Assembly (NCBI GenBank): GCA_046538485.1
Contig: JBKHIT010000009.1
Location: 42,790 to 106,789, forward strand
Reading direction: 5' to 3'
DNA: 64,000 bases
From: Candidatus Brocadiia bacterium
GTDB lineage: Bacteria > Planctomycetota > Brocadiia > SM23-32
In this document: positions 38,538 to 47,420 of the stretch, piece by piece
How the letters are laid out: every line of letters begins with the position of its first letter
How positions within the stretch are numbered: the first letter of the stretch is position 1
The notes under the pieces: generated by a model
What the model saw: the letters and a program-made list of their open reading frames with translations, nothing else
Database searches by the model: none
What the model was told of the DNA's origin: nothing
Made by a program: the position numbers and the translations under genes

Positions 38538-39470
38538 TTATTTTTGGGGCGTTCGCTCCGGCGGATTCCCTTGAAGAAAACGCTCAAGCTCTTCCCTTGT
38601 TGGGATGCCGGCTCGGCCGCCAAGTTGCCGGCATTTCAGAGCGGAAGTCGCGGAAGCAAACCGAAGCGTCTCCTCCAGATCCCGGCCTCGGGCCAGACTC
38701 AGCGCGAATGCACCATGGTAAACGTCCCCGCACCCGGTGGTGTCAATTACCTCAACATCATAAGCCGGTTGCCGCGCCATTGCACTGCCGTCATAACACC
38801 ATGAGCCCCCGTCGCCATCGGTGATTACCGCCGCTTTTGCACCATTCGGTTCTATTTCCTCATAAAGAAGCTGGCAAAGCTGCTCCGGGTCCTGTTTGTC
38901 ATAACGATTCTCCGCAAACACCCGCGGGACAATGGCGTAGTCAACAACTTCCAAGAGACGGTCTGGGCTTTCACCACCGGGTTCCAGATCGACGGTGACC
39001 GGTCGGCCCAAATCCCGTGCGATACGCGCGGCCTTAAGAGCGGCCTCGGGCTGAAAATTGTCAATATGCAGAACTTTTGTATCACCGATAATCTCCGGTG
39101 TGATCTGCGAAGGCAATGTTTGAGGTTGCGTTTGGTCTGTCCACAGAATGCTCCGACAACCCGAGGAGGAATCGGCTATTACCGCTGCGGTGAGAACAGA
39201 TTGACCTTCCACGCGGCGCACGTGCGAACAATCCACGCCATCCTCTGATAACTGGCGGAGAGCAATCTCTCCGAGCGGTTCGGTACCCAGCGAACCAATC
39301 CATGCCGCACATCCCCCGAGGCGTGAAACTGCAACAAGCGCTGTAGCGACAAGACCGCCCCCTTGGAGACGGATCTGTTCCGCTTTCAACTTTTCATCAG
39401 GTGCCGGGAGCCGGTGAGCTTCCAGGACAATATCCAGCGCACAGCAACCTATACCGATAACATCGTACAT
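38538..39470 (-). CDS. PfkB/ribokinase-family carbohydrate kinase
   Basis: GGGLVATALVAVSRLG, DTTGCGDVYHGAF. Confidence 0.9.
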   Translation of the reverse strand: MYDVIGIGCCALDIVLEAHRLPAPDEKLKAEQIRLQGGGLVATALVAVSRLGGCAAWIGSLGTEPLGEIALRQLSEDGVDCSHVRRVEGQSVLTAAVIADSSSGCRSILWTDQTQPQTLPSQITPEIIGDTKVLHIDNFQPEAALKAARIARDLGRPVTVDLEPGGESPDRLLEVVDYAIVPRVFAENRYDKQDPEQLCQLLYEEIEPNGAKAAVITDGDGGSWCYDGSAMARQPAYDVEVIDTTGCGDVYHGAFALSLARGRDLEETLRFASATSALKCRQLGGRAGIPTREELERFLQGNPPERTPQK

Positions 39471-39488
39471 CACCCCTCCCATCCCGTT

Positions 39489-41453
39489 TTAAATCTCGCC
39501 GAATTCAATGATGACCATTTCGTGACCTGTGAAAGAAGACAGTTCCGGGACGGTGTAGCCGCCCTCGTATGTGAAATCCAGTTTTTCTCTTTCCGGCGCT
39601 GTATAGACCCGTTTGGGAGCCCGTCCGGTTCGGATCCTGACTTTTGGGGCGAGCACAGTCTGAGCCTCCTCGATCACATCGAGGTCCGTGCGCCTTTCCG
39701 GCACGTAGTTCAAGATATGCAGAACCAACCGGTCCTGTTTTTCCTGTCGAAGAAGACCAACCCGAGCGGTACTGGGCAAATTTTCGCGAAGATATTTTTC
39801 TGGTCGCAGCAATGTAAGTGCGTTAGCCATGAGTTGCCTGTAAAGCCGGGCTCCTTGGTCCGCATAGAGCTGAAACAGAGGGTGAGCAAAATAAACCACG
39901 TTCTCGTTGCGCACGATGGCAGGATAATCGCTGACGCGGTCAAAGGGAGTCGGTCCATGCGAACAGAATTTTTTCCAGCTTCGATTAAAATAGGGTACCC
40001 CTACCCGGGCCAGGACGTTCGCGTCCCCAGTGGTTTTTATGCAGCAACCGCCATCGTACATCATATATTTGAACGATCCGATTTCTTGAGCCATTTCAGG
40101 ATCGAGCTGGCAGATGAAGTTCGGGTCATACTTATGAGGCCCAATGTATTCAACACCGAGTTCTGGCAGAACGAAACGATCTTCCTCGGTTGCCATCCCA
40201 CTTTTTCCGCTGGCTATCAGTTTCCCGCCATCACGCAGGAAGGACTGGATTTTCTCGACAAGAGAAGGCCCCATTCTCACTCCGTCGGGTAGGATTAGAA
40301 CCTGATAGCAGCCAAAGTCACTTTCATTGTCGACCACATCGAACAGTTCATGCGTTTCCAGCAGCCCACGCACCGCTCCACCAATGCTGTCTTCGATTGC
40401 TTCGTCGTAAAAAACGGCAACGTCACTCACTGGTTGTGCGTCGACACACCACGGTTCTTTGTCCTGGACAGATTCGTAGACGTTTCCGATGAGATCGTAC
40501 ACGGCGGGGTCGAGCTTACCCCTGGGGTGGAGCTGATCACCGACACTGCAATGTGCGCCGCCGGCCAGCATCGAGAAACATTCAAATTCCAGGGCGGCCT
40601 GATTTTTCAACCCGCCAAAGTCGCCCCACGTTCGGTGGAAACGTGCTGTCATCCCCAGGGTGGGTTTATCGAAATTGCGGAAATAGCGCTGGAAAAGCGG
40701 AAAATGTGCGTAACTCCAGCCACCGGTCGGAAGCGATTCAATCTCGATGTGTGTGAAATGCTCGAGCCAGTCGGACTTGCCCTGTCGCAGGCAGCTATTG
40801 AAGAAAACGGATGCGTCGGGTCGAACCTGTTGGGCGAGTTTGCGTACCCGGGCCATTAACGCGCTCCTCTTATCTTCGTTCCAGGTACGGACGCTTTTAT
40901 CATCATCGATATCGATGTCGTCGACCTGCATTTTTTCCAGGCAACTCCAGCAAAAACATGCCGGACTGGGGCCGGACCAGATATCCATGAAAAGCCCATC
41001 GATCTCGTAGTTTTCCAGCACCTCTTCCGTTATATCGAGCAGGTAACTCTGATAATCTTCGTTCAGCAGGCAGATTCCGTGCCAGGCCGCTTCGGTAGGG
41101 CCCGCCAGCCACATGCTTCCGTCGCGATTGACCGCCGCCCATTCCGGGTGGTTGTGTGCAGCCCATTCATCCCAGGCAACGGTGATGTAGGCTGGCACGC
41201 GAATATCTCGGTCGTGACAGGCTTCGATCATCTCCCCGAGCAGATCGATTTCCAGGGAGGGATGTTTGGGACCAATTTGAGTGTCGTAGTAGCACATTCC
41301 ATGGTGACCGCGGGCGAAAACCGTCACGCTGTCGACATGAGCTGCCTGCAAAGTGTCCGCAAAACGTTGTGGGTCAAAAGCCGATCCGACGTCTGGGATG
41401 TCGGGTGACGTGTGGAAATCCAGGTGGATTTGTCTAAACGGTAAATCTTGCAT
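39489..41453 (-). CDS. Putative glycoside hydrolase (GHL6-like TIM barrel plus GH42 trimerisation-like domain)
   Basis: FRQIHLDFHTS, HHGMCYY, DGLFMD, EIESLPTGGW, RFHRTWGDFGG, YQVLILPD; GGAGGAG SD before 41453. Confidence 0.75.
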   Translation of the reverse strand: MQDLPFRQIHLDFHTSPDIPDVGSAFDPQRFADTLQAAHVDSVTVFARGHHGMCYYDTQIGPKHPSLEIDLLGEMIEACHDRDIRVPAYITVAWDEWAAHNHPEWAAVNRDGSMWLAGPTEAAWHGICLLNEDYQSYLLDITEEVLENYEIDGLFMDIWSGPSPACFCWSCLEKMQVDDIDIDDDKSVRTWNEDKRSALMARVRKLAQQVRPDASVFFNSCLRQGKSDWLEHFTHIEIESLPTGGWSYAHFPLFQRYFRNFDKPTLGMTARFHRTWGDFGGLKNQAALEFECFSMLAGGAHCSVGDQLHPRGKLDPAVYDLIGNVYESVQDKEPWCVDAQPVSDVAVFYDEAIEDSIGGAVRGLLETHELFDVVDNESDFGCYQVLILPDGVRMGPSLVEKIQSFLRDGGKLIASGKSGMATEEDRFVLPELGVEYIGPHKYDPNFICQLDPEMAQEIGSFKYMMYDGGCCIKTTGDANVLARVGVPYFNRSWKKFCSHGPTPFDRVSDYPAIVRNENVVYFAHPLFQLYADQGARLYRQLMANALTLLRPEKYLRENLPSTARVGLLRQEKQDRLVLHILNYVPERRTDLDVIEEAQTVLAPKVRIRTGRAPKRVYTAPEREKLDFTYEGGYTVPELSSFTGHEMVIIEFGEI

Positions 41454-41472
41454 CGAACGGTTCTCCTCCAAT

Positions 41473-42762
41473 TTAAATTCGCGTACCGTCGGGTATGATG
41501 GTGTTTTTGGGGACGACGATGACTCCATCCCGTACGGAAAAGAGCTCTTTGTCCACATCTTGTAGCCCTTTTTTGCCCGTGATGTGGACGTCCCGACCAA
41601 TCCTGGGGTTTTTGTCGATGATGCAGTTCTCGATCACACATCCGGGGCCGATCCCCACCGGTGGTAAATCAGACAAATCGTCTTGATGTTTGGGCGTTTC
41701 GTAGAAATCTGCGCCCATGATAATCGCCCGGTCAATGCGGGTCCGATCTCCAATCGGCGACCGCAGTCCGATAACGGAGTCGGTGATAGATTCAGCCGCA
41801 ATCTCCGAACCTGCGCCGATGATACTATCGTGTATATGACATTCGTTGATCTTGGGAGGGGGGAGGAATCGCGAGCGGGTATAGACGGGGGCGTGAGAGG
41901 TGTAAAGATCGAAAACAGGCTGGCGGCTTGCCACTTCCAGATTGGCCTGATAAAAACTTTTGATCGTCCCGATATCCTTCCAGTATCCGTCGAAGGTGTG
42001 GGCGTTCACATCGAAGCTGTCCAGACATCGAGGGATAATTTCAGCCCCGAAATCATCGCAATCCGGGTTGTCGTGAAGCACTTTTTCAAGCACCTCGGCT
42101 TTGAAAAGATAAATTCCCATTGATGCCATGAACATGCGTTGATTATTGGCATTCTCCGACACGGCAAATTCGGGGTCGATGGTCTCGGCGGAGGGTTTTT
42201 CAATAAAAGCATCAACAGAACCCTCTTCGGACAGACTGACGATTCCGAACTCTGAAACTTCAGAATCGAGCACGGGTGTGCAGCAGATCGTGGCGTCGGC
42301 GTTGCTCTCTTTATGTTCCTTTACCATTCGGCTCAGGTCCATGCGATAGAGCTGATCCCCGCTCAGGATAAGCGTGAGAGGGGGGTTGTAATCGGAGACA
42401 AATCGAAGGTTCTGCCGCACGGCATCCGCTGTGCCCTGGTACCATTGACCGTCGGTAAGCGTCTGCTGGGCAGGAAGAATTTCCACCCATCCTTTGCTGA
42501 ACGCGTCAAATTTGTATGTGTTCGCAATGTGTCGGAGCAGTGAGACACTGTTAAATTGTGTCAGGACGTAAACGCGGTTGACTCCGCTGTTCAGGCAGTT
42601 GGAAATCGGGATGTCGATCAGACGGTACTGGCCAAGGAGCGGGACCGCCGGTTTGGCCCGGTCGCGCGTGAGCGGATAGAGGCGAGCCCCACGTCCTCCC
42701 CCGAGGATGAGGGCGAGGACATTAAGGACCGGTTTCGGCTTCTGTTGGTGACTACCACGCAT
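41473..42762 (-). CDS. glgC: Glucose-1-phosphate adenylyltransferase (cyanobacterial/plant-like type)
   Basis: ILGGG.G.RLYPLT..RAKPAVP, LTQFNS, WYQGTADAVRQ, LSGDQLYRMD, EKP, YWKDIGT, beta-helix C-terminus. Confidence 0.9.
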   Translation of the reverse strand: MRGSHQQKPKPVLNVLALILGGGRGARLYPLTRDRAKPAVPLLGQYRLIDIPISNCLNSGVNRVYVLTQFNSVSLLRHIANTYKFDAFSKGWVEILPAQQTLTDGQWYQGTADAVRQNLRFVSDYNPPLTLILSGDQLYRMDLSRMVKEHKESNADATICCTPVLDSEVSEFGIVSLSEEGSVDAFIEKPSAETIDPEFAVSENANNQRMFMASMGIYLFKAEVLEKVLHDNPDCDDFGAEIIPRCLDSFDVNAHTFDGYWKDIGTIKSFYQANLEVASRQPVFDLYTSHAPVYTRSRFLPPPKINECHIHDSIIGAGSEIAAESITDSVIGLRSPIGDRTRIDRAIIMGADFYETPKHQDDLSDLPPVGIGPGCVIENCIIDKNPRIGRDVHITGKKGLQDVDKELFSVRDGVIVVPKNTIIPDGTRI

Positions 42763-42765
42763 CTG

Positions 42766-43374
42766 TTAAGAATTGTCCTTTTTTGCTTTTTTGCTCTGTT
42801 TTTGGGCGATTTTGTCGGCTTCTTTGTTTTCTTCACGGGGCACATGTTCGGCCGACCAATTATCAAACTCCACGAGCAGCTTGTGAGCTGCTTTGTGAAG
42901 TTTGGCCAGAGTCCGATTCTTCACGCGATACTGTCCGGTGAGCTGGCGCACAAGAAGCTGGCTATCGGAGCGAATCGTAATATTTCTGCATTTCAGCTTC
43001 AGAGCTCTCTTCAGGCCGGCAAGCAGGGCTTTATATTCGGCAACATTATTTGTGGCTTTCCCGATCGGGGATCCCCAGCTCTGTAGTTCCTTGCCGCCAG
43101 GCGCTTTCAGAACCATACCAATCCCCGCGGAGCCGGGATTGCCCCGGGAAGAACCGTCGCAGTTCAAAATCATGTCGTCCGGCGTTTCTTCTGTTTCCTG
43201 TTTTCTGTCGGATTTCTCAGGAACCGAAAGCTCGATTTCCCTCTGTTCGATCGAGTTTCGCAGGGAGCGGAAGAATTCATCAATCTGTTCACGGGATATA
43301 TCAGGCTTGAGTTCGTAAAGTTTATCCCAGGCAATCGCTCGATAAATAGCCTGGAGGATTTCCAACTCTCGCAT
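42766..43374 (-). CDS. Ribonuclease HI-like protein with N-terminal extension
   Basis: DGSSRGNPG, TNNVAEY, SDSQL, PREENKEAD (DEDD residues present); alternative TTG start 43392. Confidence 0.88.
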   Translation of the reverse strand: MRELEILQAIYRAIAWDKLYELKPDISREQIDEFFRSLRNSIEQREIELSVPEKSDRKQETEETPDDMILNCDGSSRGNPGSAGIGMVLKAPGGKELQSWGSPIGKATNNVAEYKALLAGLKRALKLKCRNITIRSDSQLLVRQLTGQYRVKNRTLAKLHKAAHKLLVEFDNWSAEHVPREENKEADKIAQKQSKKAKKDNS

Positions 43375-43388
43375 ATTTCCGCGATTCC

Positions 43389-44825
43389 TCAAGATTTGAG
43401 ATGGTATTTTCTCGGCCCGAAAGCACAGGCTCCCGGACTCGTACCGTCAAATATGTTTGGGGCCATCCCCGTTTCCGCGCCGTATTGAGCGGCGACATCT
43501 CTGATATCCTGTTCCGCGCTGACATCGGCCAGAACTGCGACTGTGCCGCCGGAACCTCCACCCGTTATCTTGGCGCCGTAAATCCCGGTTTCAGGACCTT
43601 GCTCGCGGAGCAGTTTAACCAACAGATCGGTTTCAGGACACCCGAGCCCGCAGTTCCAGCTGTACGAACAGTGGCTGGCATACATCAATCCACCGGCTTC
43701 CACCAGAGCCGTTTTGTCGCCCGCCCGTGCACGTTTCAGGCATTCTATGAACGATTCGACCCGATAATTTTCGTAAACAGGATGCTCTGTTCCGGCGCGA
43801 ACGTAATAGATTCTTTCCGGATCGACTTTTGTGACGGAATCCGTTGTACCTCCGTAACTGTCAAGGAACAGTTCCCCTTTGATGCTTTCGGGCAGTAGAT
43901 GTCTGTATTGTTTCCGGTAGGAGGAAGGCCCTATGTTGCAGAGGTAGGGCTCATTGTCATCGCCTGAAAGAACCTTCGGCCCCACTTTGTCTATGATTAT
44001 CTTCAGCCCCATGAAGGCACTGATCCGGGCAGTCGCGTAGGCATCACCGGCCACGCTGTGTTCAACTCGACTGCTGATACCGAAGAGCTGAACCTCAGGT
44101 GGGAGTTTCTCGAGCCCGAGCACATCGGACGGCTGGCAACGCAGTGCAAGGAGTTTATCCCGTTCGCCCAGCGCAGCCGTAACCTGATCCATGATGCCGC
44201 ACGGGGCGCCTACAACTCTATTTTCAACCATCTGCGCCAGTGTCGCGAGATGTGCCCCGTCGATTTCCATTTCGTACGCCTGTTTGAGGGCATACATAGC
44301 TGCCACTTCGACGGCGGCACTACTGGCCACCCCGACACCAACCGGGATGTCGCTCCACAGCAGAAAATTCCCCCCGGTTTTCAGGTCCAAAAAATTTCTG
44401 CTTTCAAGAACGGGTATAGCACCAACGACATAAGCTGCCCATGCCATATTTCCGCTGGTAGTAAAAAGATCATGAATGCGCGCGTAGTCGTCGCTGTCTT
44501 TTCCAGACTTGAGTTGTTCCAGAGAAAAAATGGCTTCACAGGGACAATCCAGTTGTTCGAGCCACGTGCTCTTAACGCGGACTTCGGAATCGTCGCGGGG
44601 CTGATAACCAACAACCGCCCCGCGTCCGAGCGTGCTTTCGAAGACCGTCGATCCGCTGTAATCGGCAATTCCTCCCATTACATCGAGTCGAGCCGGTGCA
44701 CGCCCGGCTGTGATTATTTGATCGGGCTGGAAAAAATCGGGACCGTGCTCACGCAAGTATTGCTCAAAGGCCGTCAGATACACGCCCTCCGAGTCCGGGG
44801 CCGGATAATCTTTGACAAGGTCCAT
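43389..44825 (-). CDS. GHMP sugar-1-kinase, plant L-arabinokinase (ARA1) kinase-domain-like
   Basis: RAPARLDVMGGIADYSGS, GVASSAAVEVA, VEN.VVGAPCGIMDQ, EHPVYEN.RV, GAKITGGGSGG. Confidence 0.8.
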   Translation of the reverse strand: MDLVKDYPAPDSEGVYLTAFEQYLREHGPDFFQPDQIITAGRAPARLDVMGGIADYSGSTVFESTLGRGAVVGYQPRDDSEVRVKSTWLEQLDCPCEAIFSLEQLKSGKDSDDYARIHDLFTTSGNMAWAAYVVGAIPVLESRNFLDLKTGGNFLLWSDIPVGVGVASSAAVEVAAMYALKQAYEMEIDGAHLATLAQMVENRVVGAPCGIMDQVTAALGERDKLLALRCQPSDVLGLEKLPPEVQLFGISSRVEHSVAGDAYATARISAFMGLKIIIDKVGPKVLSGDDNEPYLCNIGPSSYRKQYRHLLPESIKGELFLDSYGGTTDSVTKVDPERIYYVRAGTEHPVYENYRVESFIECLKRARAGDKTALVEAGGLMYASHCSYSWNCGLGCPETDLLVKLLREQGPETGIYGAKITGGGSGGTVAVLADVSAEQDIRDVAAQYGAETGMAPNIFDGTSPGACAFGPRKYHLKS

Positions 44826-44852
44826 TTTGTCTCCTTTTAAAGGGCGCCTTTT

Positions 44853-45932
44853 TTACCCTTTAAGCTTTCCCTGTTCAGCGAAACTGTAGTACGTATCGTG
44901 TCCGACAACAACATGATCCAGGACTTTTATGCCGACAAGACTGCCGGCTTTCACGAGTCTGCGTGTCAGCTGCTTGTCCTGTGGGCTCGGTGTCGGGTCG
45001 CCGCTGGGGTGATTGTGGACGAACAGGACGGCGGCGGCGCTTTCGCTGATTGCATCTCGAAAAACTTCTCTTGGGTGAACGACACTTTCATTCAGGGAAC
45101 CGATGGCGATTTGCTCCTCGCGAATCACGTTGTGTTTGGTGTCCAGGAGCAGACACATGAAAGCTTCTTTCTTCAAATCTTTGCATTTATCGCGAAAATG
45201 TTCAAAAACCTGCTTGCTGCCTTTGACCGTCATTCCCGGCCGGATTGGTTCATCCGAAAAACGTTTCCCCAGTTCGAGAGCGGCTCGAATGCGTGCCAGA
45301 CGCGCCGAGCCGATTCCCTTGATCCCCATCACTTCGCTGTCTCCCGCGGACCAGAGATCCTTCAGCGTATCGAATCGTGAGACGATTTGCCGGGCCACCC
45401 CGAGGGCTGTTTCTTTATGGGATCCTGATCCGATCAGAATCGCCAGAAGTTCGGCGGTTGTGAGTGATTCGGCTCCGGCAGCGAGCAAGCGTTCGCGCGG
45501 ACGCTCATCGGGAGGCAGATCTTTTATGGTCGGACGCCGCGACGGGTAGTCACAATATTCACGGAGGGGACATTCCCCGCACCGGGGCGATTCGACGCAA
45601 ATGGCCGTCTCCCGTTCGGAATCGGTGAGTGCCTCCAGGTCACGGTAAACGTCTTCGACAGTCTTGCCAGAGCTTTGGGCCATCTCCTGGGCGGCGAGCA
45701 GAATGCGCAGAGAAGCTTTGGCCGGTGAGGCGGAAGTAGAGACCGTGCCCAGTCGTCGGAACAGGCGGACCAGACCGGGGTTTTCCCAGCGCAGGGGACC
45801 GCTTTCCTGGATCTGTACTTTGTCTCCCTCTCCAGATTGGTCCATTTGCAGGGTTTTGTGGATGGTTTGATAAATCTCCGGGTACGGTATGCCGTCGTGC
45901 GCGGAGAGCGTGCTTTTGCGGGGTTCTCTCAT
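44853..45932 (-). CDS. radC: RadC (JAB/MPN) family protein with an extra N-terminal Cys-cluster domain
   Basis: ERPRERL, ELLAILI, GIG HhH, VHPREVF, HNHPSGD, VLDHVVV; ATG overlaps the upstream stop (TAATG). Confidence 0.9.
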   Translation of the reverse strand: MREPRKSTLSAHDGIPYPEIYQTIHKTLQMDQSGEGDKVQIQESGPLRWENPGLVRLFRRLGTVSTSASPAKASLRILLAAQEMAQSSGKTVEDVYRDLEALTDSERETAICVESPRCGECPLREYCDYPSRRPTIKDLPPDERPRERLLAAGAESLTTAELLAILIGSGSHKETALGVARQIVSRFDTLKDLWSAGDSEVMGIKGIGSARLARIRAALELGKRFSDEPIRPGMTVKGSKQVFEHFRDKCKDLKKEAFMCLLLDTKHNVIREEQIAIGSLNESVVHPREVFRDAISESAAAVLFVHNHPSGDPTPSPQDKQLTRRLVKAGSLVGIKVLDHVVVGHDTYYSFAEQGKLKG

Positions 45933-46783
45933 TATTTGGTAAACGCTTCCACCCGGCTCAGTGGCTGGCGGTCGAGGTTGATATACCGCCAACCGGGTCG
46001 AGGTCGGGGCTCAAAAACTTTCGCTGTGAGGTGCTTATTGAATTTTGGATTTCCGAGTTTTAGCTGAAGCCGAATTCCTTGCTGGGGACGTTCGACGCGC
46101 AGACGACGCGGAAAATTGGCCCCCCGGGTTTCTTTCCAGCGGTCCATTGTTACTTTGGTCTGGAGATTCCCGAGGAGGTCGTAAACCAGAATCTGATGGA
46201 CGGCAACCTGTCTCCGGTCGATAAGCACTGTTCGGATGGGCATGCTTCGGATTTTCACATCAAAACGGTAATAGGCTCCATCCGCAGTCATAGTGGTAGA
46301 ATCCCAGGTCAGCCCCAGCCATTCCGGAGCACCGAACCACAACATGACTTCGCCTGGTTGCACGAGCTGCGGGAGTCGCTCATAAGCCATCGGTCCCCCA
46401 ATTATAACTTCGTGAGTATCCGGTATCTCTAACCAAAAGCTGTCGGCGCGAGCCCGCAGGCTGAATATTTTTTGACCGAGTTTCTCTGCACGCAACCAGA
46501 GACCGGGACGAAGGCTGTCGAACGCGATAATGCCGCCAAATGAGGGAAGTTTCTCCCATCCTTGGAGAGTCTTTTGTCGGATTTTCATGCTCAGGTTTGT
46601 ATCGACTATTGTGGAGACTTCGGCTGCGCGTTCTCGCAGTGTCTGCAGAACTTCTTCCCGCGACGCTTTTTGGGGGAGGGGGCCGGGCTGTGGGGTAAAT
46701 ATACGACATCCTCCGCAGAAACTTAGAGAGAGTCCCCAAATCAGAACGCAGAGGATCTGGTTTTGTCGCCAGGTTTCCCGCAT
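45932..46783 (-). CDS. Hypothetical lipoprotein (possible LolA/LolB/DUF4292-like fold)
   Basis: Signal peptide with CGGC lipobox; beta-rich mature region ending FPRRLRVERP...LQLKL. Confidence 0.6.
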   Translation of the reverse strand: MRETWRQNQILCVLIWGLSLSFCGGCRIFTPQPGPLPQKASREEVLQTLRERAAEVSTIVDTNLSMKIRQKTLQGWEKLPSFGGIIAFDSLRPGLWLRAEKLGQKIFSLRARADSFWLEIPDTHEVIIGGPMAYERLPQLVQPGEVMLWFGAPEWLGLTWDSTTMTADGAYYRFDVKIRSMPIRTVLIDRRQVAVHQILVYDLLGNLQTKVTMDRWKETRGANFPRRLRVERPQQGIRLQLKLGNPKFNKHLTAKVFEPRPRPGWRYINLDRQPLSRVEAFTK

Positions 46784-46859
46784 GACTGTCCCGGGTCTTT
46801 GGAATAGAGACGGCGGACCGCATGTCCGCAACGGAGGAAAACGATCGAAACCATGGGGA

Positions 46860-46888
46860 ATTATAAGCCGGAAGAGTGTACCGTGCAA
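46860..46888 (-). promoter_or_regulatory. Putative sigma70 promoter of the lipoprotein-radC operon
   Basis: Minus strand TTGCAC-17 nt-TATAAT. Confidence 0.6.
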
Positions 46889-47320
46889 AAGTGAACCGAT
46901 TCTAACATGCTGGGTCAGGGCGGAATCCGGGCATGAACTGCTGGGAACTATCGAGGATGCCGTCAGTGTGAAATCTCCCCATCACGGTTCCCTTTTGTGG
47001 CTCCTGAGCTGGAGGCCTGACAGGGGTTTTCTTGCTTCATCGGGTGGGGCGGGACATTAATCGGGAGAGAGTTATGGTTCAATGCGCCCCACCTTGGCGC
47101 CTAAAACGTATCGTGCGACGGGATCTCAGGAACCGATGGGCAATCGGTTGTGTCTCGCCGACCCCGGTATACTGCGGAAAGATCAAACGGGTGAGAAAAC
47201 AATATACTATTCTCGGATTTACGACAGGCTGCATCCGGGGAGTGGCAACAATATTGAACAAATTTGCACTTGCGAATCCCCGAAACGGTCCACAGTACAG
47301 GTCCTTGCTATTTGCAGTGC

Positions 47321-47348
47321 TTGAACAAATAAGGAAGACCATTATAAT
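47321..47348 (+). promoter_or_regulatory. Putative sigma70 promoter of the large TagF-like gene
   Basis: TTGAAC-16 nt-TATAAT in an AT-rich stretch. Confidence 0.45.
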
Positions 47349-47420
47349 ATATGTAGTTTTCGAAATAAGGTTTTGAAGGCCCAGAACGCCGGGATCCAAT
47401 GGTGCGGTGAAAGGGGAAAC

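Noticed and set aside
41454..41600. Apparent long overlaps from ORF-track starts (GH/glgC; also rplV/rpsS, rpsD/rpsK, ftsW/mraY, ddl/murB)
   Set aside because: Downstream ATGs with SD sequences or family-typical N-termini remove the overlaps.
46890..47420. Possible ncRNA or small genes (ORFs 47032-47376, 47079-47480) in the divergent intergenic region
   Set aside because: Only short hairpins (e.g. AACCGAT/ATCGGTT), no recognisable RNA family or protein motif; the region contains plausible divergent promoters.
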